A stretch of DNA of 64,000 nucleotides, taken from NCBI GenBank assembly GCA_963794945.1, contig CAWCFT010000008.1:64001-128000 (forward strand), read 5' to 3'. Below the pieces are notes generated by a model. That model ran no database searches. It was given only the letters and a program-made list of their open reading frames with translations, and was not told the DNA's origin. Shown here piece after piece: positions 28,640-39,733 of the stretch. This DNA is from Endomicrobiales bacterium (GTDB lineage: Bacteria; Elusimicrobiota; Endomicrobiia; Endomicrobiales; CAWCFT01). The first letter of the stretch is position 1, and each line of letters begins with the position of its first letter. The position numbers were made by a program, and so were the translations under genes.

Positions 28640-29596
28640 TTATTTTTGATTCTTTCTTACGCCGCAATATTGTGCCGCGAATTTTATTGACTCTATCATC
28701 GGCATCGGGTCGGCAATGCCTTTGCCCGCGATATCAAAAGCCGTGCCGTGGCCCGGCGATGTCCTCATGAACGGCAGGCCCAGAGTAACGTTTACAATGC
28801 TCTCCGGCGCAAGCAGTTTAACGCCGGTCATTGCCTGATCGTGGTACATGGCTACCAAGAGATCAAACATCCCCTTCTTGTGCTTCAGCCAGGCGCTGTT
28901 TGAAGGCCACGGGCCGGAAGCGCCTATTCCTCTTGCAACTAGTTTCTTGACGGCGGGATTTATTACCCTTATCTCTTCCTTACCTATAAGCCCTGACTCG
29001 CCGGCATGCGGGTTAAGCGCCAGCACACCTATGTTAGGCCGCTTTATACCTGCCTTGCCTTTTAGAAACTCATAAGACAACATTGCCGCTCTGAATATTT
29101 TATCTACCGAAATATTTTTGCTTATTTCCAGCACAGGAAGGTGCCGCGTCACCATGACTACCCTGAATTTTTTTGCCGCCATGAGCATAGCGAAATCTCT
29201 GGTATTTGTGAGCTCCGCCAAAAGTTCGGTGTGTCCTGAGTATTTGTGTCCGGCTGCGTGCAGCGCCGCTTTCGAGATCGGGGCTGTGGCTATAGCATCC
29301 ACTTCACCTGTTACGGCAAGATCAACGGCTTTCAGTATGTACCTGTATGACGCTTCCCCGGACGCGGCTGTTTCCCTTCCTGGGCGTGTCTTCCCGGCGG
29401 CTGCAGATGCTGTTTCTATCAGTTCGCACGGCAGCCGAGAAAAATCAAAACCCTGACTCCTGGCGGCATCGAAGCTGCCTACGATGACAGGACGGCACAA
29501 TTTATAGATAGCCCGTTTCGAAACTGCTTTATAAACTATTTCGGGTCCGATACCGGCGGGGTCACCAAAGGTGATAGCTACTTTAGGTAGGCTCAT
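28640..29596 (-). CDS. pdxA: 4-hydroxythreonine-4-phosphate dehydrogenase
   Basis: GDPAGIGPE, GHTE, LNPHAGE, AMYHDQ, RTSPGHGTAFDIAG. Confidence 0.95.
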   Translation of the reverse strand: MSLPKVAITFGDPAGIGPEIVYKAVSKRAIYKLCRPVIVGSFDAARSQGFDFSRLPCELIETASAAAGKTRPGRETAASGEASYRYILKAVDLAVTGEVDAIATAPISKAALHAAGHKYSGHTELLAELTNTRDFAMLMAAKKFRVVMVTRHLPVLEISKNISVDKIFRAAMLSYEFLKGKAGIKRPNIGVLALNPHAGESGLIGKEEIRVINPAVKKLVARGIGASGPWPSNSAWLKHKKGMFDLLVAMYHDQAMTGVKLLAPESIVNVTLGLPFMRTSPGHGTAFDIAGKGIADPMPMIESIKFAAQYCGVRKNQK

Positions 29597-29605
29597 AACT
29601 GCGGC

Positions 29606-29953
29606 TCAGGTTCTTTTAACGCTTTGCAGGTTGTTCTTGTCCATGAACTCGGCATAGTGATCGTAACCGAGTTCAACTATCTTTCTTATACAGCCAGGCC
29701 TATCCGAGCGAGTGAACAGGCCGATAGTCTTCGATATAAAATTGTTAAGTTTCCCGCACGACGCCTTATCTGCCATATCCGCGCAGTCGGCGCATGACTT
29801 TATCTTCTTTTCAATACAGCACTTGCGGACCTTGCACCACGACGCTTTCTCGTTCGCGGCACAGCCGGGGCATTTTTTCTTCTTGTACGCCCCGCAGGCA
29901 CCGCAATAAAGCCCGCAATACGCTACCAGTTGAACAATATTTTGGTCAGCCAT
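29606..29953 (-). CDS. DUF3795-like Cys-rich protein
   Basis: AYCGLYCGAC...CPGC...CKVRKCC...SCADC. Confidence 0.75.
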   Translation of the reverse strand: MADQNIVQLVAYCGLYCGACGAYKKKKCPGCAANEKASWCKVRKCCIEKKIKSCADCADMADKASCGKLNNFISKTIGLFTRSDRPGCIRKIVELGYDHYAEFMDKNNLQSVKRT

Positions 29954-31005
29954 TAGTCCAGAGAATTGATCTTTATGTTTGATTTTTCTTTCAGGTCTTT
30001 GATCCAAACTTCATACTTCTTCTGGGCCGCTTTCTGGTTAAGAAGCTCTTTGAGGTCGTCCTTTATATCTTCGTACGCAACTTTCTTCGCGGCGCGTTTT
30101 TCCTCAACTTTAATTATGTGGTACCCGAAATCCGTAAGCACCGGCTCCGAGATTTGCCCGACGTTAAGTGAAAAAGCCGCTTTCTCGAACTCAGGCACCA
30201 TGTCGCCCTTCGCGAAGAAACCGAGATCGCCGCCGCGGTTCTTTGAACCCGGGTCATCTGAATATTTCTTGGCTACTGCTTCAAAATCAGCGCCGCCCTT
30301 AATCTCAGCCTGAGCATCTTTTATCTTTTTTAAGGCCGCAGATTTTTGTTCCATAGTCGCGTTCTTGTCAACTGAAACAAGTATATGGCGAGCCCTTACC
30401 TGCTCTGAAGAGAGCCTTGTGAGGTACTTCGCGAGAGCCTGCAGTTCGTCCTCGTCTTTCTTGTCTAAGCCAAGGTCCTTGCCGGCCATCTTCTGCTGCA
30501 CTTTATCGTAGAACGCCTTTATCTCGTCTTCGCTGGGCGGCATGACTTTCGCTTTTACTTCCTGGTCTATAAGCTTCATGACCATAAGCTGGTCTTCAAT
30601 GCGGCTCTCGAACTGAGGCTGCGTAAGGTCTTCTTTCTTCAGCTCTGCCTGGAACTCGGTATCAGTCTGGAACCGCTTCCTGACCTGTTTTAACCCTTCT
30701 TCCAGCTCCCTCTTTGAAACATGAATCTTCTGTTTCTTCGCTTCCTGTTTAAGCACCTTGTCATCGATCATCTGGGCCAACAGTTTTTGCTTGAACTCGT
30801 TGATCTTTTCAGGGGTTTGTTCGGAAGCCGCTGCCTGTGTTTTGTACTGGTCAATAACAGGGTCTGCGACCTTTTCGAACTCGGAAGCCATAATAGCTTC
30901 CCCGTTAACTATCGCAACTGTCCTATCCACGACCTTAGCGTTAAGAAACGAGGCCGTGCCTATCATTAAACTTATCACTGCCAGGAATTTAAAACCTTTA
31001 AACAT
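29953..31005 (-). CDS. SurA/PrsA-like peptidyl-prolyl isomerase chaperone
   Basis: Signal peptide, [36 protein letters not shown]; upstream of pdxA. Confidence 0.9.
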   Translation of the reverse strand: MFKGFKFLAVISLMIGTASFLNAKVVDRTVAIVNGEAIMASEFEKVADPVIDQYKTQAAASEQTPEKINEFKQKLLAQMIDDKVLKQEAKKQKIHVSKRELEEGLKQVRKRFQTDTEFQAELKKEDLTQPQFESRIEDQLMVMKLIDQEVKAKVMPPSEDEIKAFYDKVQQKMAGKDLGLDKKDEDELQALAKYLTRLSSEQVRARHILVSVDKNATMEQKSAALKKIKDAQAEIKGGADFEAVAKKYSDDPGSKNRGGDLGFFAKGDMVPEFEKAAFSLNVGQISEPVLTDFGYHIIKVEEKRAAKKVAYEDIKDDLKELLNQKAAQKKYEVWIKDLKEKSNIKINSLD

Positions 31006-31024
31006 TTTCTTCCCCTTCCATGAT

Positions 31025-31948
31025 TTATTTTTTTCCGGATCTTTTTTCCGCGCCGAACTGCTGAGCCGACGGCGCCTGCTGCATTGCCGGCTGGGCCGGC
31101 AGTTTTGAAAGCATACCGTAATCAACTTTGACGCTCAGTTTGAGTTTTTCGTTCTCAAGCCACGCGTCGAACTTATTTTTTTCCAGAAGCTTCTTTATTT
31201 CGAATTTTGCTTCTTCCATGGAGCGCGGAGGAAGCGCCTTTTGGCTTATCTTTTTAATTACGTGAAAACCGAACTGTGTTTCAACTATACCTGATATTTG
31301 TCCGATCTTAAGCGGGAACACGGCCTTCTCGAACTCTGGCACAAGGTCGCCTCTGCGGAAGGGTCCGATCTCGCCGCCGCGCGCAGCGGATATCGGGTCA
31401 GTAGATACCTCTTTTGCCACCTTTGAGAAATTTTCGCCCGCATTGACGCGTGCAAGCACTTTCTCGGCTTCCTGACGCGTAGGAACAAGTATGTGCTGCG
31501 CTGTCACTTCGAGCGGATGAGTGAACTCTTCCTTATTCTCATTATAATAGTTCTCAATATCCTTGTTTGTAGCGTTTAGTTCCTTGTCATGAAGCTCACG
31601 AACGTAAAGCTCCATCATCAGGCTTTCCTGGTACTCTTTGAACTTGCGAGCCTGGTCCTTCTTATAATCAGTTATAGTTTTCTTGTATTCATCCTGCTTG
31701 TTTACCCCGGCCTTTTTCGCGGCTTCCACTACTACGCGCTCACGGACAAGCAGGTCGAGGAATTGTTTGCGGCCCGCGTTTGTTGTCAGGTAACTTTGGT
31801 ACGCAGGGGGCGCGTCCATTATGCGTTCTTCAAGCATTTTCAGGGTTATTTTGCTTTTCCCTATATCGGCGACAGATTGCCCCTTGGCGCCGCACCCGTA
31901 TAAACCAGCAGCTAACACACAACAAACAAGGCATGTGGTCTTTTTCAT
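31025..31948 (-). CDS. PpiC/parvulin-type PPIase lipoprotein
   Basis: Lipobox-like LYGC, AQHILV, LVPEFE, FGFHVI. Confidence 0.9.
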   Translation of the reverse strand: MKKTTCLVCCVLAAGLYGCGAKGQSVADIGKSKITLKMLEERIMDAPPAYQSYLTTNAGRKQFLDLLVRERVVVEAAKKAGVNKQDEYKKTITDYKKDQARKFKEYQESLMMELYVRELHDKELNATNKDIENYYNENKEEFTHPLEVTAQHILVPTRQEAEKVLARVNAGENFSKVAKEVSTDPISAARGGEIGPFRRGDLVPEFEKAVFPLKIGQISGIVETQFGFHVIKKISQKALPPRSMEEAKFEIKKLLEKNKFDAWLENEKLKLSVKVDYGMLSKLPAQPAMQQAPSAQQFGAEKRSGKK

Positions 31949-32077
31949 CTCTTTTTCTCCTGATGAAATCCTTTGGTTTCGATCTTAGTAAACAGAACTT
32001 ATTGAAAGATTTACCAGCAGTTCTATTTTTATTTAGGATTTAGAGCATGATGATAACAAATTATGTTTTACAAGTCA

Positions 32078-32108
32078 ACTGGAAATTGATCACTGGAAAT
32101 TGATCACT
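32078..32108. repeat. 14-bp tandem repeat in a divergent promoter region
   Basis: actggaaattgatc x2, then act. Confidence 0.85.
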
Positions 32109-32175
32109 TTACTCATTGAGACTTACTGATTATATGCTGATACACTGAGGCGCTATTGGTATTTATTTCTATTAC

Positions 32176-32204
32176 TTGACTTAAAATGCACTTTATTATA
32201 TAAT
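32176..32204 (+). promoter_or_regulatory. Sigma-70 promoter of the kinase operon
   Basis: TTGACT-17-TATAAT; ATG at 32216. Confidence 0.65.
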
Positions 32205-32215
32205 TTTCAAGCAAT

Positions 32216-34719
32216 ATGAAAAAATTCCTCTTGTCAGAACCTCACCCTGGGAATTGTTCTTACCACGCTTGTTATCTGTTCGTTCCTTTTGCAAACCGGA
32301 TTTTTTGAATCGCTTGAACTCAAAACATACGATCTGCGTTGCCTGCTGCGCCAGGCCCCGGTCAACAGCGGCGAAATAGCCATTATCTCTATAGATGACG
32401 ACTCTATATCAAAGCTCGGCCGCTGGCCATGGCCAAGGTCGTTAATATCTGATGGGCTCAACGCCATATCATCTGCGGGAGCGAAAGTCATAGGACTTAA
32501 TATACTTTTTACCGAGCAGGAACGCAACCAGGGCCTTTTAGAGATAAAAAACCTTAAGGACTTCATCCCCGGCATAACCAGGAACAAGGATACAATAAAG
32601 AAGCTCACTGATGAACTATCCGCTGCAGAGATACGCCTTGATAACGACACCAAACTATTAAAATCTATTCAGGATTCAAAAAATATTATCCTTCCGATGT
32701 ATTTCACCGTCGGCCCCGCGCTTGGCGAAGAGCAGCCGGTACTGTCATCCCATACCCTGACCCAAATAGAAGGATCGGATGAATCGACTGTAAAGACAAT
32801 TACTGAAGGACACAGCCCGGCCGTACCGCTACAGATATTCTCTGATTTTTCTACGGGTGTAGGCCACGTGAACATTATACCAGAACAGCGACGGTGTGGT
32901 CAGGTGCGAGATCCCTGTCATCCAGTTCCAGGGAGATTTTTATCCCTCTTTCGCGGTGCAGGTGGTCAGGAACTACCTCAATATACCAATCAAGAACGTC
33001 AAGCTTGTTCTCGGTCATTCACTGACCGTGGGAAAGGCCGTCATACCGCTCGACCGCTACAATAAGATGCACATAAACTATAACGGCCCCGCCGGGTCGT
33101 TCCCGTATTATTCTTTCTATGATGTCCTTAACCATAAGATAGACCCCAACGCGCTAAAGAACAAGATAGTGCTTGTGGGACATATGGCTACCGGCATAGC
33201 CGACTTAAATGTAACCCCGCTCGGACACAATTTCCCCGGCATTGAGATCACCGCTAATATCATACAGAACATCCTTCACGGCAACTATATAACAAGGCCC
33301 GTGTGGGCCCAGAAAGCAGAGCTTGGAACCCTACTTTTTATTGGACTTTTCATTGCGTTTATACTGCCCAGGCTCAAAGCATTTTTGGGTACACTTTTAT
33401 CCTTCCTGTTGTTCGCGGGTATCGCCGGCGCCGGGACCTACGCCTTTATTAACTACGGCTACTGGCTGAAGATATTCTACCCGTTAAGCCTTCTTACCGC
33501 GGGCTACATCATAGCCACATCCAAACGTTTCTTTGTTACCGAAAAGAAAAAAGAACTTGTTGAAGCCGGAGCCATTGAAACCAATAAAATGCTCGGCCTT
33601 TCGTTCCAGGGGCAGGGTATGCTCGACATGGCCTTCGAAAAATTCCGCAAATGCCCGATTGATGAACAGATGAAAGAGCTCCTCTACAACCTGGGGCTGG
33701 ACTTCGAACGCAAGAGGCAGTTCAATAAGGCCGCAGCTGTTTACGAGTACATAATGAAATTTGATTCAAAATACAAAGGATTAGACGAAAAAATTAAACA
33801 GCTTAAGGCCGCGTTTGAAGGCGCTGTTTTCGGCGGCCTCGGCCAAAAGAAAGGCGGCGAAGGAACTGTTATCCTTGAAGGTTCGCAGGCAACTGCGCCA
33901 ACACTTGGCAGGTACCAAATTGTTAAAGAACTGGGCCGGGGCGCGATGGGCACAGTTTACCTGGGCAAGGATCCCAAGATCAACAGAATGGTTGCGATAA
34001 AAACAGTAAGGTTCGATGACGATGTTGATGAATCCTCGATCAAACAGGTAAAAGAGCGTTTCTTCCGCGAGGCCGAATCGGCCGGTAACCTCAACCACCC
34101 TAACATTATAAAGATATTTGACGCCGGAGAAGATAACGATATTTCATACATAGCCATGGAACTGCTTGAAGGCGAAGATATGAAGAAATACACGGAAAAG
34201 GCAAACCTTCTGCCGATAAGAACTGTTATAGATTACTGCGTTAAGATAGCCGACGCCCTTGATTTCGCTCACCAGCAGGGAGTTATACACCGCGACATAA
34301 AACCTGCCAACATAATGCTGCTCAAAGATGCCACGCTCCGCATAACGGATTTCGGCATAGCGAGGATAACAGCCTCATCCAGGACACAAACGGGCACGGT
34401 TCTGGGCACGCCAAGCTACATGTCGCCGGAACAGCTATCCGGAAAGAAAGTTGACGGCAGAAGCGACCTATTCTCGTTCGGCGTTATGCTATACGAACTT
34501 CTTACAGGCACTAAGCCGTTCGCGGGCGAAAGCATCGCGGAACTGCTTTTCAAGATCGCAAACGACAAACAGCCTAACCCAAAAGAGATAAACCCCTCGA
34601 TACCTGACCCGCTTATTGCGATTATAAACAAACTTCTTGAAAAAGACCCGGACAAGAGGTATCAGCGAGGCTCTGAAGTGTCAAAAGACCTCACTGCTTC
34701 ACTGGGCTCATTATCCTGA
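32216..34719 (+). CDS. CHASE2-domain transmembrane Ser/Thr protein kinase (indels near 32240 and 32885)
   Basis: CHASE2 (IDDDSISKLGRWPWPR, PGIEI), TM helices, Hanks kinase motifs LGRGAMG, VAIK, HRDIKPAN, DFG, GTPSYMSPE. Confidence 0.92.
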
Positions 34720-34735
34720 CGTATCGGTATACATT

Positions 34736-35554
34736 ATGAAAATTCAATTCGCTGCAAAGAGCGACACCGGCAAAGTCCGGACAAACAACGAGGACAGCTT
34801 CTTCGCTGACCCCGAGACCGGACTTTACATAGTGGCCGACGGCATGGGCGGACACAATTCCGGTGAAGTCGCAAGCAAAATGGCCTGCGAGATAATCAGC
34901 AAGAATTTCAAGGCCGCCCTTGAAAAGAGCAAGCTTCCCGATAAAACGATGCTGATATTCGGCACCAGGGACCCGCGCCTGTCCGAAAAGGAGAACAACC
35001 TTCTTTCAGCGGTGCGGCTGGCAAACCGCGTTATCTATGAAGCAAGCGTTAAGTACTCCAAGGACCAGGGTATGGGCACGACTGTCGTTGCCGCCCTTAT
35101 CAGCGACGCCGCCTACACTATATCATGGGTAGGCGACAGCAGGATATATCTCATCCGCCACGGCCAGATACAACAGTTGTCAACCGATCACTCGCTGGTG
35201 CAGGAGCAGGTAAGCAAAGGCCTTATATCAAGCGAGCAGGCTGAGACTTCTGAGTTTAAAAACGTCCTTACCCGCGCCCTCGGCACGGCCGAAGATGTCG
35301 TAGCGGACGTCGCCGAAACCCCGGTTTTCGAAGGGGACTGCCTGCTCTTGTGTTCCGACGGTTTGACCAGAATGCTGCCGGACCAGGTGATACTTGATAC
35401 GGTCAAAAAAAACGATGACCCGGAAAATATATGCGCCGAGCTTATAGATCTCGCTAACAAGGCTGGCGGCAAAGACAATATCACGGCGCTCGTTATATCT
35501 TCCGGCCCGGATAATTTCTGGAAGAAATTCATTAAAACTATTGCAAAAATATGA
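34736..35554 (+). CDS. PP2C/Stp1-family Ser/Thr phosphatase
   Basis: NEDS, VADGMGG, GDSR, TDHS, CSDGL, GGKDNIT. Confidence 0.95.
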   Translation: MKIQFAAKSDTGKVRTNNEDSFFADPETGLYIVADGMGGHNSGEVASKMACEIISKNFKAALEKSKLPDKTMLIFGTRDPRLSEKENNLLSAVRLANRVIYEASVKYSKDQGMGTTVVAALISDAAYTISWVGDSRIYLIRHGQIQQLSTDHSLVQEQVSKGLISSEQAETSEFKNVLTRALGTAEDVVADVAETPVFEGDCLLLCSDGLTRMLPDQVILDTVKKNDDPENICAELIDLANKAGGKDNITALVISSGPDNFWKKFIKTIAKI

Positions 35555-35622
35555 TAGATTTCTTAGAATAGGATTATAACAGTGTGCCGTTTTCGTTTAT
35601 GACAGCCTAAAATAAGGAAATT

Positions 35623-36333
35623 ATGCCTGCTAAACTGTTGCTTAAATTCCATGCCGCCGTCATTAAAGAGATACCAATAGATAAAACCCCGATCACGATA
35701 GGGCGCAAGCCGGACAATGATATAGCTATAGACAACATGGCGATATCGGGACACCACGCCAGGATCAGCCTCCAGGGATCTACTTATGTGATCGAAGACC
35801 TCCAAAGCACTAACGGCACTTTTCTAAACGAAAAAAAGGTCGCAAGCTCGGCACTCAAACACAACGACCAGATAGTGATGGGCCAGCACACACTGGTCTT
35901 TATAAATCCTGAAGCTACGCCGCAACCGGAAGAACCCAAACCAGCGCCGGTAAAGGCATCTGATATAGATTCTACCGTGGTTATCACGCCGCAAAAGGCC
36001 GCCGAGAACGCGAAAATACCAGAGAAAAAGGAAGTGACCGGCACGCTGCGCGTAATAGATGGGAAAAGCGATCAACCGGAATACCAGTTGACGGGGCTGC
36101 TGACATACATAGGGAAAGGTGAAACGGCCACGATAAAAATCAAGGGGTTGTTCGCCCCTGAGATAGCGGCGCTGATCTCGCGAAGGCACGCGGGTTATCT
36201 CATCACCGCCGTCAAAGACCGCTACCCTAAGCTTAACAATATGCCGCTGACCGGACAGGTAGAGCTGAAAGATTCCGACCTAATTGAAGTAGGCGGCATC
36301 AAATTCCTCTTCCAGTTAAAAGAAACCAAATAG
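35623..36333 (+). CDS. FHA-domain protein (one canonical and one degenerate FHA)
   Basis: IGRKPDND, ISGHHA, STNGT; second FHA-like domain YIGKG...LKDSDLIEVG. Confidence 0.9.
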   Translation: MPAKLLLKFHAAVIKEIPIDKTPITIGRKPDNDIAIDNMAISGHHARISLQGSTYVIEDLQSTNGTFLNEKKVASSALKHNDQIVMGQHTLVFINPEATPQPEEPKPAPVKASDIDSTVVITPQKAAENAKIPEKKEVTGTLRVIDGKSDQPEYQLTGLLTYIGKGETATIKIKGLFAPEIAALISRRHAGYLITAVKDRYPKLNNMPLTGQVELKDSDLIEVGGIKFLFQLKETK

Positions 36334-36345
36334 ACGGCTGACATC

Positions 36346-36432
36346 TTATTACATATTACAGATTACAAATTGCAGATTAAACCATAAAAAACACGGGCAG
36401 AGATATTTGTTTGTGTTTATTAATTTGTAATT
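36346..36432. repeat. Inverted short-repeat array, family 2
   Basis: attacatattacagattacaaattgcagatta ... taatttgtaatt. Confidence 0.65.
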
Positions 36433-36436
36433 CTTA

Positions 36437-37453
36437 CTACTTAGGAATGAACTTTTCGAACTTGGTGCTGTAGGTTTTGAGGATGTCTGTCCTTGCCAGG
36501 GTACTTGCTTTTCTCATCTCTGTGAGCGCGGCTTCCGGCCTCTTCTGCGCGGAATACACGCTGCCCAGGAAGAAATGCAGAGATCCTTCATTGGGTGCTT
36601 TTTCAATGGCGATTTTAAGATATTTTTCCGCATTAGCAAGGTTGTTGCCGGCCAGATAAAGAAGCGCGAGGTTTACATACGCGCTTATATTGCCTGTGTT
36701 CGACTTTATTGCGAGAGAAAACGTTTCTTCAGCGTCCTTTGGTTTGTTATTTTCTTCGTAAAGCCTTCCGAGATCGATGAGATCATCGTAAGTCATTTCG
36801 CTTGCTGGTATCTGCCGTAGCATCGCGCAGGCAACCGCAATATCACCAGTTGTTTCGGCGCAATGCGCCGTCTGCCTGTATATCTCAGCACCGGTTTTAA
36901 TGTCGAGAGCCATGCGAAAATATTCCATGGCCTGCGTGTCCAGCCCAAGCTTCATGTATAAACCTGCCAAGCCAAAATCAGCGTCAAAAGATTTCTTGTC
37001 CACTTTCAGATCGTTAAGATATGCCTGTTTTGCGAGCTCATTGAGGTCGGCCCTCTCGTATGCGTTTGCGAGTTTCAGCCTGGCCTCTTCCAGTTTCGGT
37101 ATAGTACTGACAGCTTCCTGATAAAACTCTATTGCAGATGAATAGTCGTTCACTTCAATGTATATGTCCCCGATAATTTCATAATACTGATATTTCTCTT
37201 TAATTCCGATATTCGCGTCGTTAATTGTTCGCCTGTATGCGTCAACAGCTTTGTCCAGCCTTTTCAAAGGCAGGTAATACCCCGCGAGGCGTTTCAGCGC
37301 TTCAGCCCTTTCATCGGGGCTTTTGGCGTTCTTTAGACCGGATGTCAGAGAATCTTCTGTATTATTATCACCGCCAAAAACCGAATGTGCCGGCATGATA
37401 AGTTGTAAGGCTAATATAAAAAACGTGAATATTAAAACCGCTTCTTTATTCAT
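36437..37453 (-). CDS. Exported TPR-repeat protein
   Basis: N-terminal hydrophobic signal and repeated TPR-like helices. Confidence 0.8.
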   Translation of the reverse strand: MNKEAVLIFTFFILALQLIMPAHSVFGGDNNTEDSLTSGLKNAKSPDERAEALKRLAGYYLPLKRLDKAVDAYRRTINDANIGIKEKYQYYEIIGDIYIEVNDYSSAIEFYQEAVSTIPKLEEARLKLANAYERADLNELAKQAYLNDLKVDKKSFDADFGLAGLYMKLGLDTQAMEYFRMALDIKTGAEIYRQTAHCAETTGDIAVACAMLRQIPASEMTYDDLIDLGRLYEENNKPKDAEETFSLAIKSNTGNISAYVNLALLYLAGNNLANAEKYLKIAIEKAPNEGSLHFFLGSVYSAQKRPEAALTEMRKASTLARTDILKTYSTKFEKFIPK

Positions 37454-38493
37454 TGTAATAGATATTGGTCCGAGACGCGTTCGATGAGCTTTAATTTTAT
37501 AAGAGGCGCTCCTGCCCTCGCTGAAGAAATGCCAGCGTCTATGCACTCCCTTGACCTGCCCAGATCGATAGCCGAAACATCACCCACATCGGGATTTATG
37601 GTTATATCGGCAAGCTTAGCTTTTTCTTCTTCCAGCTGTTTCCCTTGTATATATATCGACTGCATGAGTATCATGAAAACGTTGGATATGTCGTTCTTGG
37701 AAAGATCTGCCGACACGTTCACGGCTATTATAATGTCGGCCCCCATGAGTTTGGCAACGTCCGTTGGAATATTGTCATACAGCCCGCCGTCAACAAGGTA
37801 GCGGTGGCGGAACTCCACAGGGTCGAACAGGCCAGGTATGGTGGAACTCGCGCGGGCGGCTTTTGCCACACCGCCTTCGCGGAATATTATCCTTTCACCG
37901 GTGACAAGATCAGTAGCGACGCATGCGAACGGAGTCTTCAGTTCGTCAAAATTCTTTTTTCCGATATTGTCGTCAAGGTATTTCTCGATCTTATCGGTTG
38001 AAAGGAGGTGCTCGCTTATGAAGAGCCTGATTATCGAAGCGTTCGAAAGATTGGTCAACTTGTTCCATTCTATCGTCTCGCCCATTTTCTCGATTTTCCC
38101 CATTGGCTCGCCTGCGCAATAGACTGCCCCAATCAAAGCTCCGACGCTAGTGCCCACTACCATGTCTATTGGAATGTTTTCTTCCTGCAGAACTTTGAGC
38201 ACACCTATGTGGGCGAGGCCTCTCGCTCCTCCGCCGCCAAGCACCAGCGCAATCTTTGGCCTTTGCGGAGGATGAAGATCCACGAACTTTTTCCAAAAGT
38301 AGTCCATTATCAACTTGTTCTCGTCAAGATACGCAACAGGTGTGCCTGCAGGTGAACCGTTATCAGAGGCATTAACGTGCGGGTTATGAAGCTGTTTTGT
38401 GGGATAATTAACTTCTTCTGCGGACGAGGCCGCGCAGGGGAGCCTTGAAAGAAGTGAAAATATTAGAGCGAGCCTTAGTAGTTGTTTCTGCAT
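37450..38493 (-). CDS. Patatin-like phospholipase
   Basis: LGGGGARG, GTSVG, DGG; signal peptide. Confidence 0.92.
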   Translation of the reverse strand: MQKQLLRLALIFSLLSRLPCAASSAEEVNYPTKQLHNPHVNASDNGSPAGTPVAYLDENKLIMDYFWKKFVDLHPPQRPKIALVLGGGGARGLAHIGVLKVLQEENIPIDMVVGTSVGALIGAVYCAGEPMGKIEKMGETIEWNKLTNLSNASIIRLFISEHLLSTDKIEKYLDDNIGKKNFDELKTPFACVATDLVTGERIIFREGGVAKAARASSTIPGLFDPVEFRHRYLVDGGLYDNIPTDVAKLMGADIIIAVNVSADLSKNDISNVFMILMQSIYIQGKQLEEEKAKLADITINPDVGDVSAIDLGRSRECIDAGISSARAGAPLIKLKLIERVSDQYLLQ

Positions 38494-38513
38494 TTGGTCC
38501 GGAAAAATACGGT

Positions 38514-39733
38514 TTATTTAAAGAAGATTTTCCCTATGGCCCACTCGAGAGAAGCCTGGCTTGAAAGAGCCTGTTCTATCGTATCTAATCGCGTCAATTC
38601 TGCATCGAGTCTCTTGTCCGGGTCAGCTTCCTGCGCGCTTACATCAGCCGCGCGGCTTTTCCAGAAAGCATAATCAAGGTATGCTTCTCTTACGTCAGCA
38701 AACACCTCGTCTTCGATGCTGGCACGCCTTATCTTTCCTTCGCGGACCTGGAACTTCCTCTGCCTAATGCGCGACCAGGAAGCCCAACCGTCAAATATAG
38801 GGACATTGACATTTATTGTAGCGTTCCAGTTAGTCATATCAAGCGGCATCCTGTCGCCGAGACGCTCGTAGTTTGCCCCCAATGTCACAGTGGGGTACCT
38901 TTCCGCAAGCGACAGATTGACCCTAAGACTGTCTATTGTTTCCTGGAACTGCGTCTGGCTCAGCTCGGGCCTGTAATTTTTAGCCCAGGCGAGACATTTA
39001 TTCAGGTCGTATTCTTCGGTAGGAGCAAGAATATCGCCCTTGATCGAGATCATAGTATTGAGCTCCAGCCCCAGCGTTTCCAGGTGCTTTAATTTTTGCT
39101 TTTCATATTCATGCCGAAGCTTCATCAAACCCATGTTCATCGAGCTAAGTTCGTATGACCAGCGGGCCCTTGTAGAAGGATTTTTATCTATAGATGCTTT
39201 TATCGTGTTTATCGCTGCCTCGTAAGCCTTTATCTTTTCCCGCAGACGTCACGCATGCGTAAAAGGATTTTTTCACATCAAGGACTACCTTGTTCTTTGA
39301 GATATCAGAACTGGCTTCTCGCCTGTGAAAGGTTTGTCTCGGCCAGTGTAAGGTTCGTTGAATATCTGCCGCTTGCGTATAGGTACTGCCACAGTGAAAG
39401 GCGGGTCGAGTAAAAAACGTCCTCGTTTTGCGCCGGTAAGTACTCTGAGTTGAAAGAAGGGGCCAGTACCGTAGGAAAATCGTTGCTGAATTTTGATACG
39501 CTCAGGTTAAAATCAATCTTCGGGTATATCTGCGACCCGGCTTCCTTGATCCTTTCCTGCGCTATCGATATCTGCTCCTGATAGTCGAGCAGCTCCTGGC
39601 TGTTATGCACACCTGTAGTTATGCTCTCTTCCAGAGTTAACTCGCGTTCGGCCGTTTCATCGGCAAACAGGCATGGCAAACAAAATGAAGCGATGAGCAA
39701 TGACAACAATAAATTAATATTCTTTAATCTCAT
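38514..39733 (-). CDS. TolC-family outer-membrane protein (indels at about 39245-39305)
   Basis: LTLEESI, YPKIDF, YPTVTLG, VPIFDG in two ORFs. Confidence 0.75.

Noticed and set aside
28595..28640. Fluoride riboswitch upstream of crcB
   Set aside because: The spacer is only about 45 nt and AT-rich, with no GGCGATGG-like aptamer core.
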